Shown one piece after another: positions 40,503 to 53,740 of a stretch of 64,000 nucleotides of DNA. Numbering within the stretch: the stretch's first letter is position 1; each line of letters starts with the position of its first letter. The notes beneath the pieces are model-generated. The model was not told where the DNA came from. It did not search any database and worked only from the letters and a program-made list of their open reading frames with translations. A program made the position numbers and the translations under genes. Source of the DNA: Hormiphora californensis (lineage: Eukaryota; Animalia; Ctenophora); contig CM035360.1 of NCBI GenBank assembly GCA_020137815.1, positions 6,262,001-6,326,000 on the forward strand, read 5' to 3'.

Positions 40503-40706
40503 TTAGGAGGGTACGAGTAGTTCAAGTTCAGCTAATTCCCGTACAATATCGTCCGGTGCGCCCATGGCAACAAGGGCATCCTCCGCAAGTTGTGGGTTGC
40601 TCGGTAACCATGCCCACAGATCCGGCTCAAGAATACCCAACTCGAGGGGTAGCTCGGGAATACCAGCTCTGTTTACATAAGATATCATGGACGCATGGTT
40701 AGAAAC
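40503..40706 (-). CDS. Possible terminal exon or small gene of unknown function
   Basis: Coding-like frame SNHASMISYVNRAGIPELPLELG...EDALVAMGAPDDIVRELAELELLVPS* after a CCAG acceptor. I could not join it in phase to the ANKS6-like gene. Confidence 0.3.
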   Translation of the reverse strand, partial: VSNHASMISYVNRAGIPELPLELGILEPDLWAWLPSNPQLAEDALVAMGAPDDIVRELAELELLVPS

Positions 40707-41032
40707 TGGGAATTTTTGTAAAATTTTCATTCAGATTCACTCACTCAGATACTGGCATGCAAACACGTGGGAACTTTTCATGGACTTTCTATTTTAAGGT
40801 CACTGAATTTTCATTACACCCTCTCAGAACTATCTCTCATATATTCACGCCCACTCACATTTGTATTGTTCAGGCAGCTCAAACTCACAGCAGCTAACAC
40901 AGGGACTATAACGATCCTAAATCATATAATTCTCTCTCACGCCCTCACTCAGAGAAGTATGCTACAAACTTGTCTATGGTTGTTAGGGGTGGGAGACTCA
41001 ACTTAAGTCAATGGAGTTTTGTAAAGACTTAC

Positions 41033-44000
41033 AATTCCAGTCCATCGTAGGGGTGGGGTCCGGTCAGATCAATACTTGCACCCTGTGTCAGTCCACTTCC
41101 AATCCCACTATCGGCTGCCGGCACCGGGTCCTGAAGGTGTTGGAAAGAATTAAACGGGGAATGAAATCTAGATTACCATCTACATTACCATGGATTATTT
41201 TCACTAAAATTGGAGCAGGGAGCTGAGTAACTAGTTTTACTGTGGTTGTTATGGTTGCTATGGAGCATGTTTCCATAGCAACCAACTCACCTCCTCCTCC
41301 TCACTAGGACTCACATCCTCCACCACCACCTCCTCATCGCCCTCACCCTCTTCCTCCACTATGATTGGCTGTACGTTGATCACGTGATGTGGACTGTGAG
41401 GTGGCAGCTCGTCTGGAACGGAGTGGGTGTCATGGTGACGAAGATGCTGCTCCTCAGGAGTCATGGTGTCACCATGGTGACCATCATTGGGATTTGTAGT
41501 GGCATCACCATTCAACAGAGGTTGTGTGCCAATATTATCATCATCACTAGGTAACTGCTCGGTAGGTTCAGTAGTTGGAGCGTTTTCAGTGGGATCGCGT
41601 TGTGATTCATCCACTGGTTTCTGAAATAAGTGAATAAGTGAGGATTATAATTTATATATATGTCAATTAAACCTCGATTTTAGAGATAACCTGGGAGAGC
41701 TCGAACCTGAACACTTTGTGTTTCATCCCCATTTGTAGCAGTTATCCGTTTCCATGACAACTTCATCCTCAACTTTGTCATTTGTGGTAGATTCACTGTT
41801 AGTTTTATCCACTGCTGCACTATCAACGGCCTTGGATTCCTTTTCTTCCCGCTGTTCCTTATTGTGAACTAATGTTAGAAACTTGACACAATTATGACAT
41901 TCAAATTGAGGGAAAACAGTCGTGCCTGAATCTCAGGTCACGGCTATTTACCCCTGAGACCTCAGGGCCGCCGGGCCGGAGTAAATAGCCGTAACCTAAA
42001 CCTGAGGTTCTGTCACGACTGTTTTCCCCAATATTGGCAGTACCCTTCAATCTGTGCTTTAGTAAAACTACAAATAAACTTCCTCTTTTTAAAATGGCCT
42101 TGAAGTGCAGTGCAGCTTTTCATGTAACATATTAGGCACACACACCCACACAATATCTTTATTCTCTCACATTCTGAAAACCCCGTTCAAACCCGACTGC
42201 AGTATATATGCTTGTACACCACTGCAGCTCTCACCTTCAATATCTCATCCAAAAGGAGGATATTACTATCGACATTGAACGTAGCAACGGGCCTTGGTTC
42301 ACCCTGTTCTGTGCTACTGGCCTGCAGCACGCTACTACAACCTCCACTTGTACTGTTCTCACGACTCAGACTTCCTAACTCGGCTAGACGCTTATCCATT
42401 TTCTCCTAGTTGTGACAGACACACATAGACATAATGTTGGGTTGAATGGGCTGCAATCTGTATGACAAACTCACTGCACAACTCTATGCTCACCCACGCT
42501 TGCAGTTCACGGTGCTTCTATCTTTGTATGCTATCTCATACTACATTGACAGGCAAACAGGCTAGTGCTCGGGATCCCTTCAACGATATGATCAAAAAAC
42601 AACTTGAGGACAACGTCCTATAATTTCTTAACCCATTCAGCACTGCCAGCATTAGTCTTGCAAGATTGTTGTGTTTGGTTAATTATGAAAGATGCGATTG
42701 AATCATGCCGTGCTAAAAATAAAATATTGACAAGCATAAAATGAAGGCTGAAGGTGTCAGTTTATAATGTAAATGGAATCAATACGACAGTGCTATAACA
42801 CAATATGTATAACACTACCTCGAGCTAGAACTACTGCAGTAGACAACAAGGGGCAGTTAAGGGTACGCTAACCAAAATTTTTTTTCGAGTGCAGGGCAAT
42901 CTCTCACCGTAGGGTTGTAGGCCATGCCAAGGAGACCTCAAATATGCAATTTGAGCTCTCAAGTCGAATTCATATTTTTGCTACAGCTGCTTGAAAAATG
43001 TCCTGTAAATACGTTTTTGGCATCTCAAAAAAATTTTTTTAAAGATAGGAGCATGAAAATTTAGGGATTTGAAGAGGACATGAAGGTGAATAACCACAAA
43101 AAATTTTTTCGCAATCCGAGCTGATTTCCGGTCCTGAGATGGATTTCTTTTTTTCCACTTTAACGCCCTATTTGGCAAACTTCCGAAAACATGTGAAAGC
43201 TGTAAATTGGTGAAAAGTTGCGTCTAACGATTATCTAAGTGGCCATAAATTTTGGGCGCGTCCTTATTTGAGATAAGCTGTACAGAGTTTTTTTTGTGAA
43301 AGCCGTCAGTTCAGAAATAAATAAATTCTCTGTATCTCAAAAACGACTGATCGTAGAGACCTGAGACTATGCTTAAACGATTCAGAAGGTCCGATTTTGG
43401 GGGGGTCTTCTGAGAGACATTTTGCTCCTACTTCAACCGTTTTTGCTGTAATTGCGAAAAACAAATTCTATGAAAAGGGCAAAAGTTAAACTCCAATATT
43501 CTGTAATTGGGAAATTTTAGCTAAGAAAGGACCGAAACTATGGGAAAATGTGTTGCAAGCTAATTCATTCACTATTTGGTCCATATGGGTCCCTATAATC
43601 ACCAAAAACAAAATCACAAAAAATCCACGATGGCGAAGATGGGTTTTTGTTTTTCGCAATTACAGCAAAAACGGTTGAAGTAGGAGCAAAATGTCTCTCA
43701 GAAGACCCCCCCAAAATCGGACCTTCTGAATCGTTTAAGCATAGTCTCAGGTCTCTACGATCAGTCGTTTTTGAGATACAGAGAATTTATTTATTTCTGA
43801 ACTGACGGCTTTCACAAAAAAAACTCTGTACAGCTTATCTCAAATAAGGACGCGCCCAAAATTTATGGCCACTTAGATAATCGTTAGACGCAACTTTTCA
43901 CCAATTTACAGCTTTCACATGTTTTCGGAAGTTTGCCAAATAGGGCGTTAAAGTGGAAAAAAAGAAATCCATCTCAGGACCGGAAATCAGCTCGGATTGC

Positions 44001-47000
44001 GAAAAAATTTTTTGTGGTTATTCACCTTCATGTCCTCTTCAAATCCCTAAATTTTCATGCTCCTATCTTTAAAAAAATTTTTTTGAGATGCCAAAAACGT
44101 ATTTACAGGACATTTTTCAAGCAGCTGTAGCAAAAATATGAATTCGACTTGAGAGCTCAAATTGCATATTTGAGGTCTCCTTGGCATGGCCTACAACCCT
44201 ACGGTGAGAGATTGCCCTGCACTCGAAAAAAAATTTTGGTTAGCGTACCCTTAACATACCTTTAATTTCCCCTTGAATGCCGTCAAGGCTCGGATGGTAC
44301 TAAACTTTCCAGCCAGCTTACCCCACCACTTCTTTCCTGACTGAAAAGTAATCAGTGTTTTATAAACACCATACACCAAAGCTTTACAAAAGACTAGGCT
44401 ACGGCAATGGATTGTTATATCAATGATAACTCACCGATCCCTTGCCAAGTTTTATCAGCATTTCAGATAGATATTCATCATCAAGCATAGCTGCTATACT
44501 GTGGGCGTTCAAACCTTCCTCATTGCCAATATCAGGGTCAGCTCCTAACAGGGGATCGGACATTATTATTTTGTTTCAGGGTTTTACTACCATAGTAAAA
44601 ATGTAAGTAGGTCAAGTATAATGAACTTTTTGAGCTAGTCAAGGAGATGAAGAGGGAACTATGTACCTGCGAACAGTAGGTACTCCACCACTCTGTAATG
44701 ACCGTGAAACACAGCTTGCATCAGGGCAGTCCACCTGGAAGTATAAGATAAACTAAATTCCTGAACTACTTGATACACTCAGCTGAGCTCAGAACTCTCA
44801 AATCAAAAGCAAATCACCGTTAATTATTTTGCAAAACTTAATTCCTGAACTATTCAATACACTAGGTCGACTCTCTGCTCAGGCAGATATATCTATATTT
44901 TGTAAAACCAGACCCTTAGACTCACTGGTTCTTATCACATCGAGAGTTGATATCAATCCCATCCTCGTCTAGCAGCCACTTGATGATATCCAACTGGCCG
45001 ATCACTGCTGCAAACATTAGTGGTGTACCCCCACCTTTCAGTCGGCTATCCGGGGATTCCAGCTGCCCTACCAGCTCCTGGATCGAGAGTTAGGAATTGT
45101 AATCCTTGTTTTCAGTGAGGGAATATATAATGCGGCTAACAATCAACTACTCCTTATTCTATACTCTTGAACAAGACTAATCATCACTCTCTCGACAGAT
45201 TGAAATTATTTGAATTGTTCATACTTTCTTTTTATTCTAAAAATCACGGACACAGTGTCAGGCGAATCAAGAAATTATAAAGATTGGATGGATCAAATGA
45301 AAGACCTACTTTTACTATGTCGAGATCCCCATCCTTTATTGCCCCTGAGATCGCCTCACTGCTATCAGGCAGTGCTTCCGCTATTAATGTCATTAGTGCA
45401 CCCTTCTGATCTCCCTCTACTGCCCTTAGCACCTACAATGATTTGTTACTCAATAAATAATGATGAACTGCTGATAAAGCATTACAGAGAGAAGCTTAAT
45501 AGTCTAACCGTTAGGATGAATGTTACGCTTAATTTATATGGCTATGAGCGTTATATGTGAAGTGCAATAGAACATCTAATTTGATTAAAAACTAAATTGC
45601 CAGCACCAAAAACCAACAAGACTATTATTTAGATAGATTTTGGATAATTATGATTTAGGGAAATTATCCCAGCTGGACTGACGTGAAGATCGAACTCTCG
45701 TGTACACTCACTACACTCTCGTGAGTAAGAATAATTATAGGGTAAACGGATTTAGGGTAAAAGACTTTTACTAAAAGTCCAGTAGGCGGTTATCCCGAGA
45801 GGGGCGGTGGAGTGCAATCATCGTCGGCAATATTTACATAAAGTTAGTATAATTGCCCTAGTGTCGATGTCCAGATCAACCAAAATATGTGTACAAAACG
45901 GGATTGGAAACTAAACGTAGAAGTGAGGTAAATAATTAGTGTATCTCCATTCAGGAAGTGCAACATGGAATGAACTGAAATCTCATTGAAACAGTTCTAC
46001 TATGCAAGTGTGGTAGGTGGAACTCACCACTTCTAATCAGACATGAAATAGCTAGCTCATTACGTGGGAGTTGAGAAAGTTGAGCTATGTAAATTATCTG
46101 GATACTGTGCGATAAAAAGAGAGTACAAACATAAATATCACACATAACTAGGTCAAGCATTCTACGATATATGTGAATATTACTAGATCTCTGTAAATAG
46201 TGAGTGGTCTAGTCAAGGTGAAGATACACGTAGTAACTAGTAAAATATAAATAGGCGCCAATTATAAAACTTTGGCCGTCTCTTTATCTACATGTTTACC
46301 AAGATTTCATGCATATGGACATGGAAAATTAGAGAAAGAAATGACATTGCACGTGCAAAATTGCTTGTCTGGAACGATAATGGATCGATATGAAAAATCA
46401 AAAAGAGATAATAGGTTCGAAACTTATGACAATCACATAAAATGATTGACAGTGATCCAGACAGGGCAGTTAGGACAGACAGATCTGGAACGATTGGATG
46501 AGTAAGAACCAAAAGAAACAGGGAGAGATACTGAGATAGAAACGATATCTATATAGAAACGAGAGATGAGAGAGAAAGATAGAAAGATGAGAGAGATTGG
46601 CAGAGATATAATAATAATATAGAAAGAAAGATAGATGGAGAGAAAGAAAAAGAAAGAGAGAATGGCATTATCAATAACTAATCTTTAGTTTTAGTTTCGG
46701 CATAATGACCTCCCTCCCTATTCAAGTGAGTCGTAATGGACCAGTGACCTGATCATTGGGAAATTGTGTATGTGTGAGAGAACGGCCATTAGCGATCAAT
46801 GGAGAGAGGAAGAGACAATGAAGAGGAGAGAGGGAACACCAGAGATGAAGGAGAGATGATCATGGTGATGAGGGAGAGGAAAAAATCGGGGGAAAGAAAA
46901 AATATGAATGAATGGGAGAGATAACTATGTGATAAGGTGGTATACTAACAGGAAGTTGGGATAGATTCAAGATCAAACAGTATTATATAATGACTAAGAG

Positions 47001-48721
47001 ACAAGATCTACAGTATCCATGATCCAAGTTACTAACAGCCATTAAAACTAATTAATTCAATTAAAGTGTAACAATAATTATACCTGTAATGCCTGAGCTG
47101 TGTTCTCCAGGGTGGTGTGGGTGAGAATCTCCCTACAAACCCGGACATTCCCACTCAGGATACCATACTCAACAACACCCCATGATCCATCTTTCTCTCG
47201 TTGGTCCTCTTGGGCAATGACATCTGCCTGGAGATGTAATGATTTAGACTGCGTCCCAGTGCCCGACACCATGTTAACACCACCCATTCCGGCTGTAGGT
47301 ACGTCTGAGGTAGAACAACCCCCGGTCAGTCTATCTTTTACATCCCCTTCCCTTCCTTCCCCCCCCCCCCCCCCTCACCCAGGCTCGTTTTTACACCACC
47401 TGCAATCTATCATAGTACAGGATTCGGACGTGGCTGGTATTCCTTTGAAAAAATTTTCAAAATATTTTCAAAAAAATTTCACAAAAAAAATCAAAAAAAA
47501 TTTTGGGGGAAAAAAATCCTGCCACTAAATCGGGGTGCCACTAAATCGGGGGCCACTAAATCGGGGTCCGACTGTACCTTGTTAAAAAGAAGCTGAACTA
47601 CGGGGAGGTGTCCGTGTAGTGCAGCATAACATAATGCCACCCATTTCTCCTCTCTAGTCGCCCTATAGATATTATGGGGGTTAATGAGAGCTGATAGCGA
47701 CTCAGGAGTGGTTCTAGGGGGTCTGGTGTTCAGGTTGAGGCTGGAGAGGGATTGGTAACGAAGTTACCCCTCCCTTGCGAGGGAGGCTCGTGGGGGTTTT
47801 CGGTAGATGTGAATAAAGGTTAACAAATTCTCACTTTTCAGTGGAATTTTTGCCCCCAACAAACCTCTCCAAGAGTAAGATAGTAGTTTCAATGTGTCCA
47901 TTTGATGCAGCCAGAACTACTGGAGACATCTCGTAGTAGTTGTTACCATGGTTACCACCGTTACCATGGTTACTACCGTTAGAAGCTGATGAATTGTAAG
48001 ATAGAATCTTCCGTACAATTTCCGTGTGCCCTCTGGCGGCTGCCTGAAAAACGAATACAGTACATACAGGGATGGAATTTCAGTTTCTTTTTGATGAATA
48101 GTTTGACAATGTAGCCAAATTTATTGCCATCCCATCTAGCACTTTTTCAAACTATTCTAACAGTTTCTAATACCTCACTAAAAAGAGTTTGAACAAAACA
48201 AGTTGAAGCTAGTTTAACAGTTGGGCAAAGATCAGGGAAACTCTTGTATTGTTCCGGGGGCGCGGGGGAGGTGCAACAGCACAAGGAAACTCATGGTAGT
48301 ACCTGCATAACTGGAGTCCATCCCGAGTTATTTTCCTTTTCAGGATCTGCCTTGGCGGTCTCTAACAGTAGAGTTAGGGTGCCAAGTTGTCCTGCAGCGG
48401 CTGCATATGACACTGCTGTATTACCCTCATCGTCACAGGTGTTTTCCTGGAAGAGATGCATGGGAGTTAATAAATTAGACGGGAAATAATTTGTTTTGTT
48501 CACACCCATCTCTGTTTTAAAGAATCTCGGGAAAAGAGCCCCGGAAAAGAGGGTCAAGGCAAGAAATCATAATGTAGTGAAGGGGGGGGTTTGTTTTGAT
48601 TTGGACTTTGGTTTGGTTTCCTCAGATTGGTACAACATACCGTTGTGTAGGGTAGAAGTGTTCGCAATGTCACCTCATTACCACTCCTCGCTGCACTAAG
48701 AAACTGCCTAGTTAGCTCCAT
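41033..48721 (-). CDS. ANKS6: ANKS6-like ankyrin-repeat protein (multi-exon; 3' end uncertain)
   Basis: Exons 48721-48641, 48446-48303, 48043-47835, 47662-47578, 47227-47084, 45432-45310, 45077-44926, 44734-44667, 44544-44435, 44340-44260 and 42405-42235, then acidic linker exons (~41869-41708, ~41620-41291, ~41130-41033). Motif order DEGNTAV..AAAAG, GWTPVMQAA, GTPLMFAAVIGQL, WTALMQAVFHG, KKWWGKLAGKF parallels my recollection of vertebrate ANKS6. No clear SAM domain found. Confidence 0.75.
41908..42029. mobile_element. Small MITE in an ANKS6-like intron
   Basis: TIRs GGGAAAACAGTCGTG...CACGACTGTTTTCCC, with an internal second inverted pair ACGGCTATTTAC/GTAAATAGCCGT. Confidence 0.75.
42861..44250. 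mobile_element. 1.39-kb foldback element with ~605-bp near-perfect TIRs and TTAA TSD (Kolobok-like, non-autonomous)
   Basis: TTAA|GGGTACGCTAACC...GGTTAGCGTACCC|TTAA; arms 42861-43465 and 43646-44250. The identical mirror ORFs 42981-43178(-) and 43933-44130(+) confirm arm identity. Confidence 0.93.
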
Positions 48722-49772
48722 ACCATATTAATAATCACCCCTCCCTTCTCTATCATGCTAGGGCTGTTGTTGATTCTTAGGGTTACGACGGATCCATGGT
48801 CTATGATACAAACAAGTATCAAACATTTCAAACATTACTAAAGAGAGCTGAGAGAAAAACGGACTGTTATACAAGATTTCAGGAGTTATCAAGCACACGT
48901 AACACACAGATACAGACACACAGACGTGCATAAAATACATGCATGATGGCCGATGCCCAATGGGGCACACAATAGTATAAGCAGACTCTGCCATGATGAC
49001 AGATCTAAATAGGACAGTTTCCAGTAGACGCTGGGAGCAGGGTTCCCAAACACTTCCTGGGAAAATATCGGTTCATTTCATTTTCTATCTGCACTGCACC
49101 GTCATCAAAATACTTATCACTCGTCACATTAGTACGTCAAACTAGTAGGAGACACTGGAAGCAATTTTAAAGGATTCCACCGAAATTATCGCAAATCAGT
49201 ATGGTCAAATGATCGATTCGCTCATTTGGCTATTTGATCTATCACCGTCAACAGATCACTCGTCACATCTACATCTAGTATTCTATAAAATACGTCATCA
49301 ATTGTCGTTAATATTTTGAAATCTCACTTATCCAGTAATCCGTTTTGTGGGTATTTTTGACAATGACTTGTTCTTGACAGCACGCTCAACCAAACACAAA
49401 GCATATGCTCCCCGTTATCTCTTAACTTGCTCTTTCTCTCACTCTCTCACTTTCTCTCTCTTTAACGCTCGCTGTCTCTCTCTATTTCTCTTTCTCTCCT
49501 TTCAATATGACCATCGGCTGTCAGAATGTTTTCATGTTTCAAATATCAGCGTAATATTATTTTAAACGTTGCACAGGCCTTGTGGTTCAACCTCGCTTTA
49601 TCGCTCAACATTCCCCAGGTCGTTTTCTAGATGCATCCATTTACTTGCCCTAGAAATTATTATTTCAATTGGTTTACTTAAAACTTAGTGTGATGTTATA
49701 GTTGGAATGACGTCCAATCGCGTCATACAATCACTCGTCTCATGTTTTGACATATTCGAGTGGAATCGAGAG

Positions 49773-49857
<85 letters not shown>

Positions 49858-49976
49858 TAGAAATGGTATATGTCAAAGAGGAGGTGAACCTTTGATAACA
49901 GCATCTGACTTTATCACGAATTCTCTTTTTCTCGTTTTCTCTATGCACATTTGTCACATGTTTGTGTTTAAAACCA

Positions 49977-52900
49977 ATGTCCACCCTTAGCACTGTCATG
50001 ACAAATCGTTACGGTGGTCTCTGTAGCCTTATTTATGGTGCCTATTCCCTGCTTATCGTTATATCAGCACCCAACCCAGAGGCACTACAGACAACCAACC
50101 CAGCAACAACCCCTTATATCACATCTGGTAACTACACTAGCATTACAGAGTGGACTTCACCTAGTCATGAGGAGGGCAATGGTACAACCACCCCGGTCGC
50201 ACCTGAAAATGTGGAAGTGTCCGAATATGTTTCTACACCGATTCCAAGGGAAACAGGTAGTCCAGTCAGCGATTATAACAAGATAGGAACCACAGGTGTC
50301 CCTATTGTGAATCTGAAGACTCCTTCGCAGTCCAATGCAACGACTAATGGTATTTCTAGTGATAGGTTCACAACAGAGCCTTATTTTCCAAACAAGACGC
50401 CGACAGTTGCTCCTTCAGAGAACAAGACGACGCCAGTTGCTCCTTCAGAAAACAAGACGGCGACAGTTGCTCCTTCAGAAAACAAGACGACGCCAGTTGC
50501 TTCTTCAGAAAACAAGACGACGTCAGTTGCTCCTTCAGAAAACAAGACGACGCCAGTTGCTCCTTCAGAAAACGAGACGACACCAGTTGCTCCTTCAGAA
50601 AACAAGACGACGCCAGTTGCTCCTTCAGAAAACAAGACAATGCCAGTAGCTCCTTCAGAAAACATGACTTCTATCGAAAGGGAAGTCACTGTTGTCCCTG
50701 TTTTAAAAAACGTCACTGTTTCAACTGAACCAGAATTGCCAACTTCTGCTGAAAACATCAGTTATTCAGACGATAACGCCACGCTGCCTAAACAGAATGT
50801 GACCCTGCCGCAGAACGTCACGGGAGACTCGCTACACAATCTGACCACATTGAACGCAACACAACAGGCCCAGCCAACCAAGAAGCCTACTGGTCCCCCA
50901 AAATATGTGACGCGATTTCCTCCTTATTATACGTATGTACCAAAAGGGCCGAGCGATTCTCCTAAAAATGGAACTGATCCACCGATGAATGGCACTGATC
51001 CACCGATAAATGGTACAGGTGTTCCAAAACTCCACACAGAATCTCCAAGAAACAGAACAGATTCGGTGAAAAACGTGACAGAAGCTGCCGCTCCGATAAC
51101 GGAATCAGCGGTCACGATACCTTTGACAACACAGGCACACAACAAAACCACTGAGGCGAAGCAGAAGATAACAACACCTAAAAAAGTGGAACCAACTCCG
51201 AAACCGACCACACAACCCCGTGTCACAACAAAGAGGAACCTGCCGACCACTGAAAACGTTCATACTCCAAAGAGGAAGCCTCGTCCACCGCCTCCCCTTC
51301 CTACCAACCCGCCTCCAAACCCAGCATGCCCACCTTGTGTAACTATCTCAACTGCTGATGGAATAGAACTGAGGTTCTGCAACATTACAACTTGTTGGCT
51401 GCCCCGATTTGAACGGCACATTCGGTACCTCATTCTCTTCATCCCGGTCGGTATAACCGCTGCTGTATCTCTTTACGGTCTGTACCTACTTCTACCTGGA
51501 CTGAACAAAGAGTTTTCTAAGGCCATCCCTAAATTCGAGGGTTCTAGATATCCGTGTCGGTGTTTTGGGAAGGCAGTCGCTTACTTCTGTAAGATGACAT
51601 CACTGTTTTTTGGGGTCTACTTTATCACCATCTTCACCACTCTGTTCGATGTGTTCGATGTTTACATGGACTTCTCAATGGGATTCAGGCTTGAGATGGG
51701 CGAGGTGATTGATGCTGGGATCTACCGGAACGAGTGGGTTATCAACCTCATTTATGTGTTTGCACTTCTTGGCCTTGTTAAGGTTGCAATCACACTGCAC
51801 ATTCTGCGGACCAAGAGGGATCATGTGTCCCTGTTTGCGGCTAAGAACCTCTGTTATATTGTCGGGTTCCTCATGGAGGATTGCGGGGAGATGTTCCTGG
51901 AGTACTTTTTTATTGAGAATTATCTGACCCTGAAAGTTGGGACTCCCTGGTCCCTGCTAACACGAAATGCGATCTACTCCTTCCTATCCTCAAGGCTCCT
52001 CTTGTGGCACTTCCTGGAGGTGCTGAGGAAATGCTACTCAAAGGAATCCGACGCTCGAGGTGAATTTACGATACTTTCTCTAGTTGTAATCATGATGAAA
52101 ACCCTGATATATCAGTGTTGTTATTACTGTTTACTGCAGAATACCATGACATAACTGTCTGTTTTAAATTTTGTTTTATGAGACAGGAATCCTAGCGGGT
52201 TGTAAAGCGCAGTACGGTCCGTGACATTACCGCCTGTTCTTCTTTTCAATCGAATAATTGTTGACAATTTGAGTGACGTCAAAGCGTCACATTTCTTGAT
52301 TAACAAACCCTAACTTCCAGGTATCATATTCTTCGGTACGTCAGTCCTTATTGGACTAGTATCACTCATGCGAACGACAAGTGCAATCTGCCAGACCCTC
52401 ACCGGTCACGTCGAGGAGTCCTGTTTTAAGGTAATTAAGCAGAAGTTATACAGTTATAATAAAGGAATTTCAGATTTCAGGTACTAGATACCGATCATAG
52501 TTAAATAGTATCCACAGCTGACATTCCTAATCAAGATTTTCCCTGTGTCTTCTAGGTGGTGAACGGAATGCTTATACAGAATCCCTTTGCAGTTGAATGC
52601 ATGAAGAAAATCAACTACCCCATTTTCATGTTGACCTTCCTTCCCCTTATTCTAATACCAGGTCAGTTTAAGATAGCACTTTTCTAGACGAGTTAGAATT
52701 GTTGTCACTTGTATTTTCTAAATCTGAACTAACGATAACCGTCAATTGAGGAGATATCAAAATCCTATCACACAATGATTCTACAGGTTGTATTATTTAC
52801 TACTACAATTGGAACAACACCGATCCGAAGTGTCCTAAACTCGGTGAAACGCCCTCTCCACCGGACCGCAAGAAGGAGCCAACTATCATGGAAGTCTCAG

Positions 52901-53574
52901 AAGCGTTTTCATCTGTGGGTGGGCGATCCACACTTGCAGGGGCGTCACCTCCTGGTACACCCGGGCAAAACCCCCGGATCAAGTCACCCCCGGGGTCTGT
53001 ACTAGTTATGCAGCCATCCGTGGCGTCTATGACAAGTCAGGCATCCCTCCAAATGCAGCCTGCATACACCATTGCAATGCCCCAGATCATACCCTGCCAG
53101 AACCCGTACCAGTTTATACCGATGATGGCACCCTACCCCTTCCAACAGGCAGGGTACCCCACCCTCCCTCATGGAGATACGACCATGAGGAGAACCAGGA
53201 GAGCCACCACTAACGGTGGTCTTCACCCTTACGAGTACGGCCATCACTCTACCCTGTACCGGGAACAGAACGGAAGGCCGCATATCTACCAGAAACTCGG
53301 CCAAAACGCGTACTCAGAAGAAAATCTTATGGAGGAGGATCGGGAGTCACGGAGGAGCCACATTTACGAAACGATGGGAGGATTGAGAAGGTCAAGTTCA
53401 ACCACAAACATTAGTCAGAAAGACCACCCCCAAGCTGGTAACTCGGCCATGGAGCAACGATCACTTTACCGGTCTAAATCTGAGGCAAGCTTCCTGTCAA
53501 GGGATTCAAACACCCTGCCGAGATCTGTTGCTCACGTTCTATCTGGGAGTGCTTTAGATGAAATTCATGTTTGA
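49977..53574 (+). CDS. Mucin-stalk multi-pass (about 7 TM) membrane protein of unknown family, 4 exons
   Basis: Exons 49977(or 49998)-52059, 52321-52430, 52556-52661 and 52788-53574 join in phase. N-terminal hydrophobic signal, ~440-aa S/T/P-rich region with many NxT sequons, seven hydrophobic segments, long polar tail ending DEIHV. Confidence 0.82.
50391..50662 (+). repeat. Coding 30-bp tandem repeat (NKTTPVAPSE) x ~9
   Basis: Unit AACAAGACGACGCCAGTTGCTCCTTCAGAA. Confidence 0.95.
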
Positions 53575-53740
53575 TGAAATTAAAAACGATTTTTCGTAAT
53601 AATTTGACAGATAATACTAGACGAAAAAAGCTTAGGTTCAGGACTCCCTGATATGTGTATGTCTTATTAAAGACCGATAAAGCATGATGGATTGCAATTG
53701 GACTATGCATTTTTATTGTTTGTGCACATAATACGCATGT

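Noticed and set aside
40503-40730. SAM domain completing ANKS6
   Set aside because: Only a weak resemblance, and no phase-compatible splice path from the upstream exons was found.
42981-44130. Twin identical 65-aa ORFs
   Set aside because: Mirror images within the inverted arms of a non-coding foldback element.
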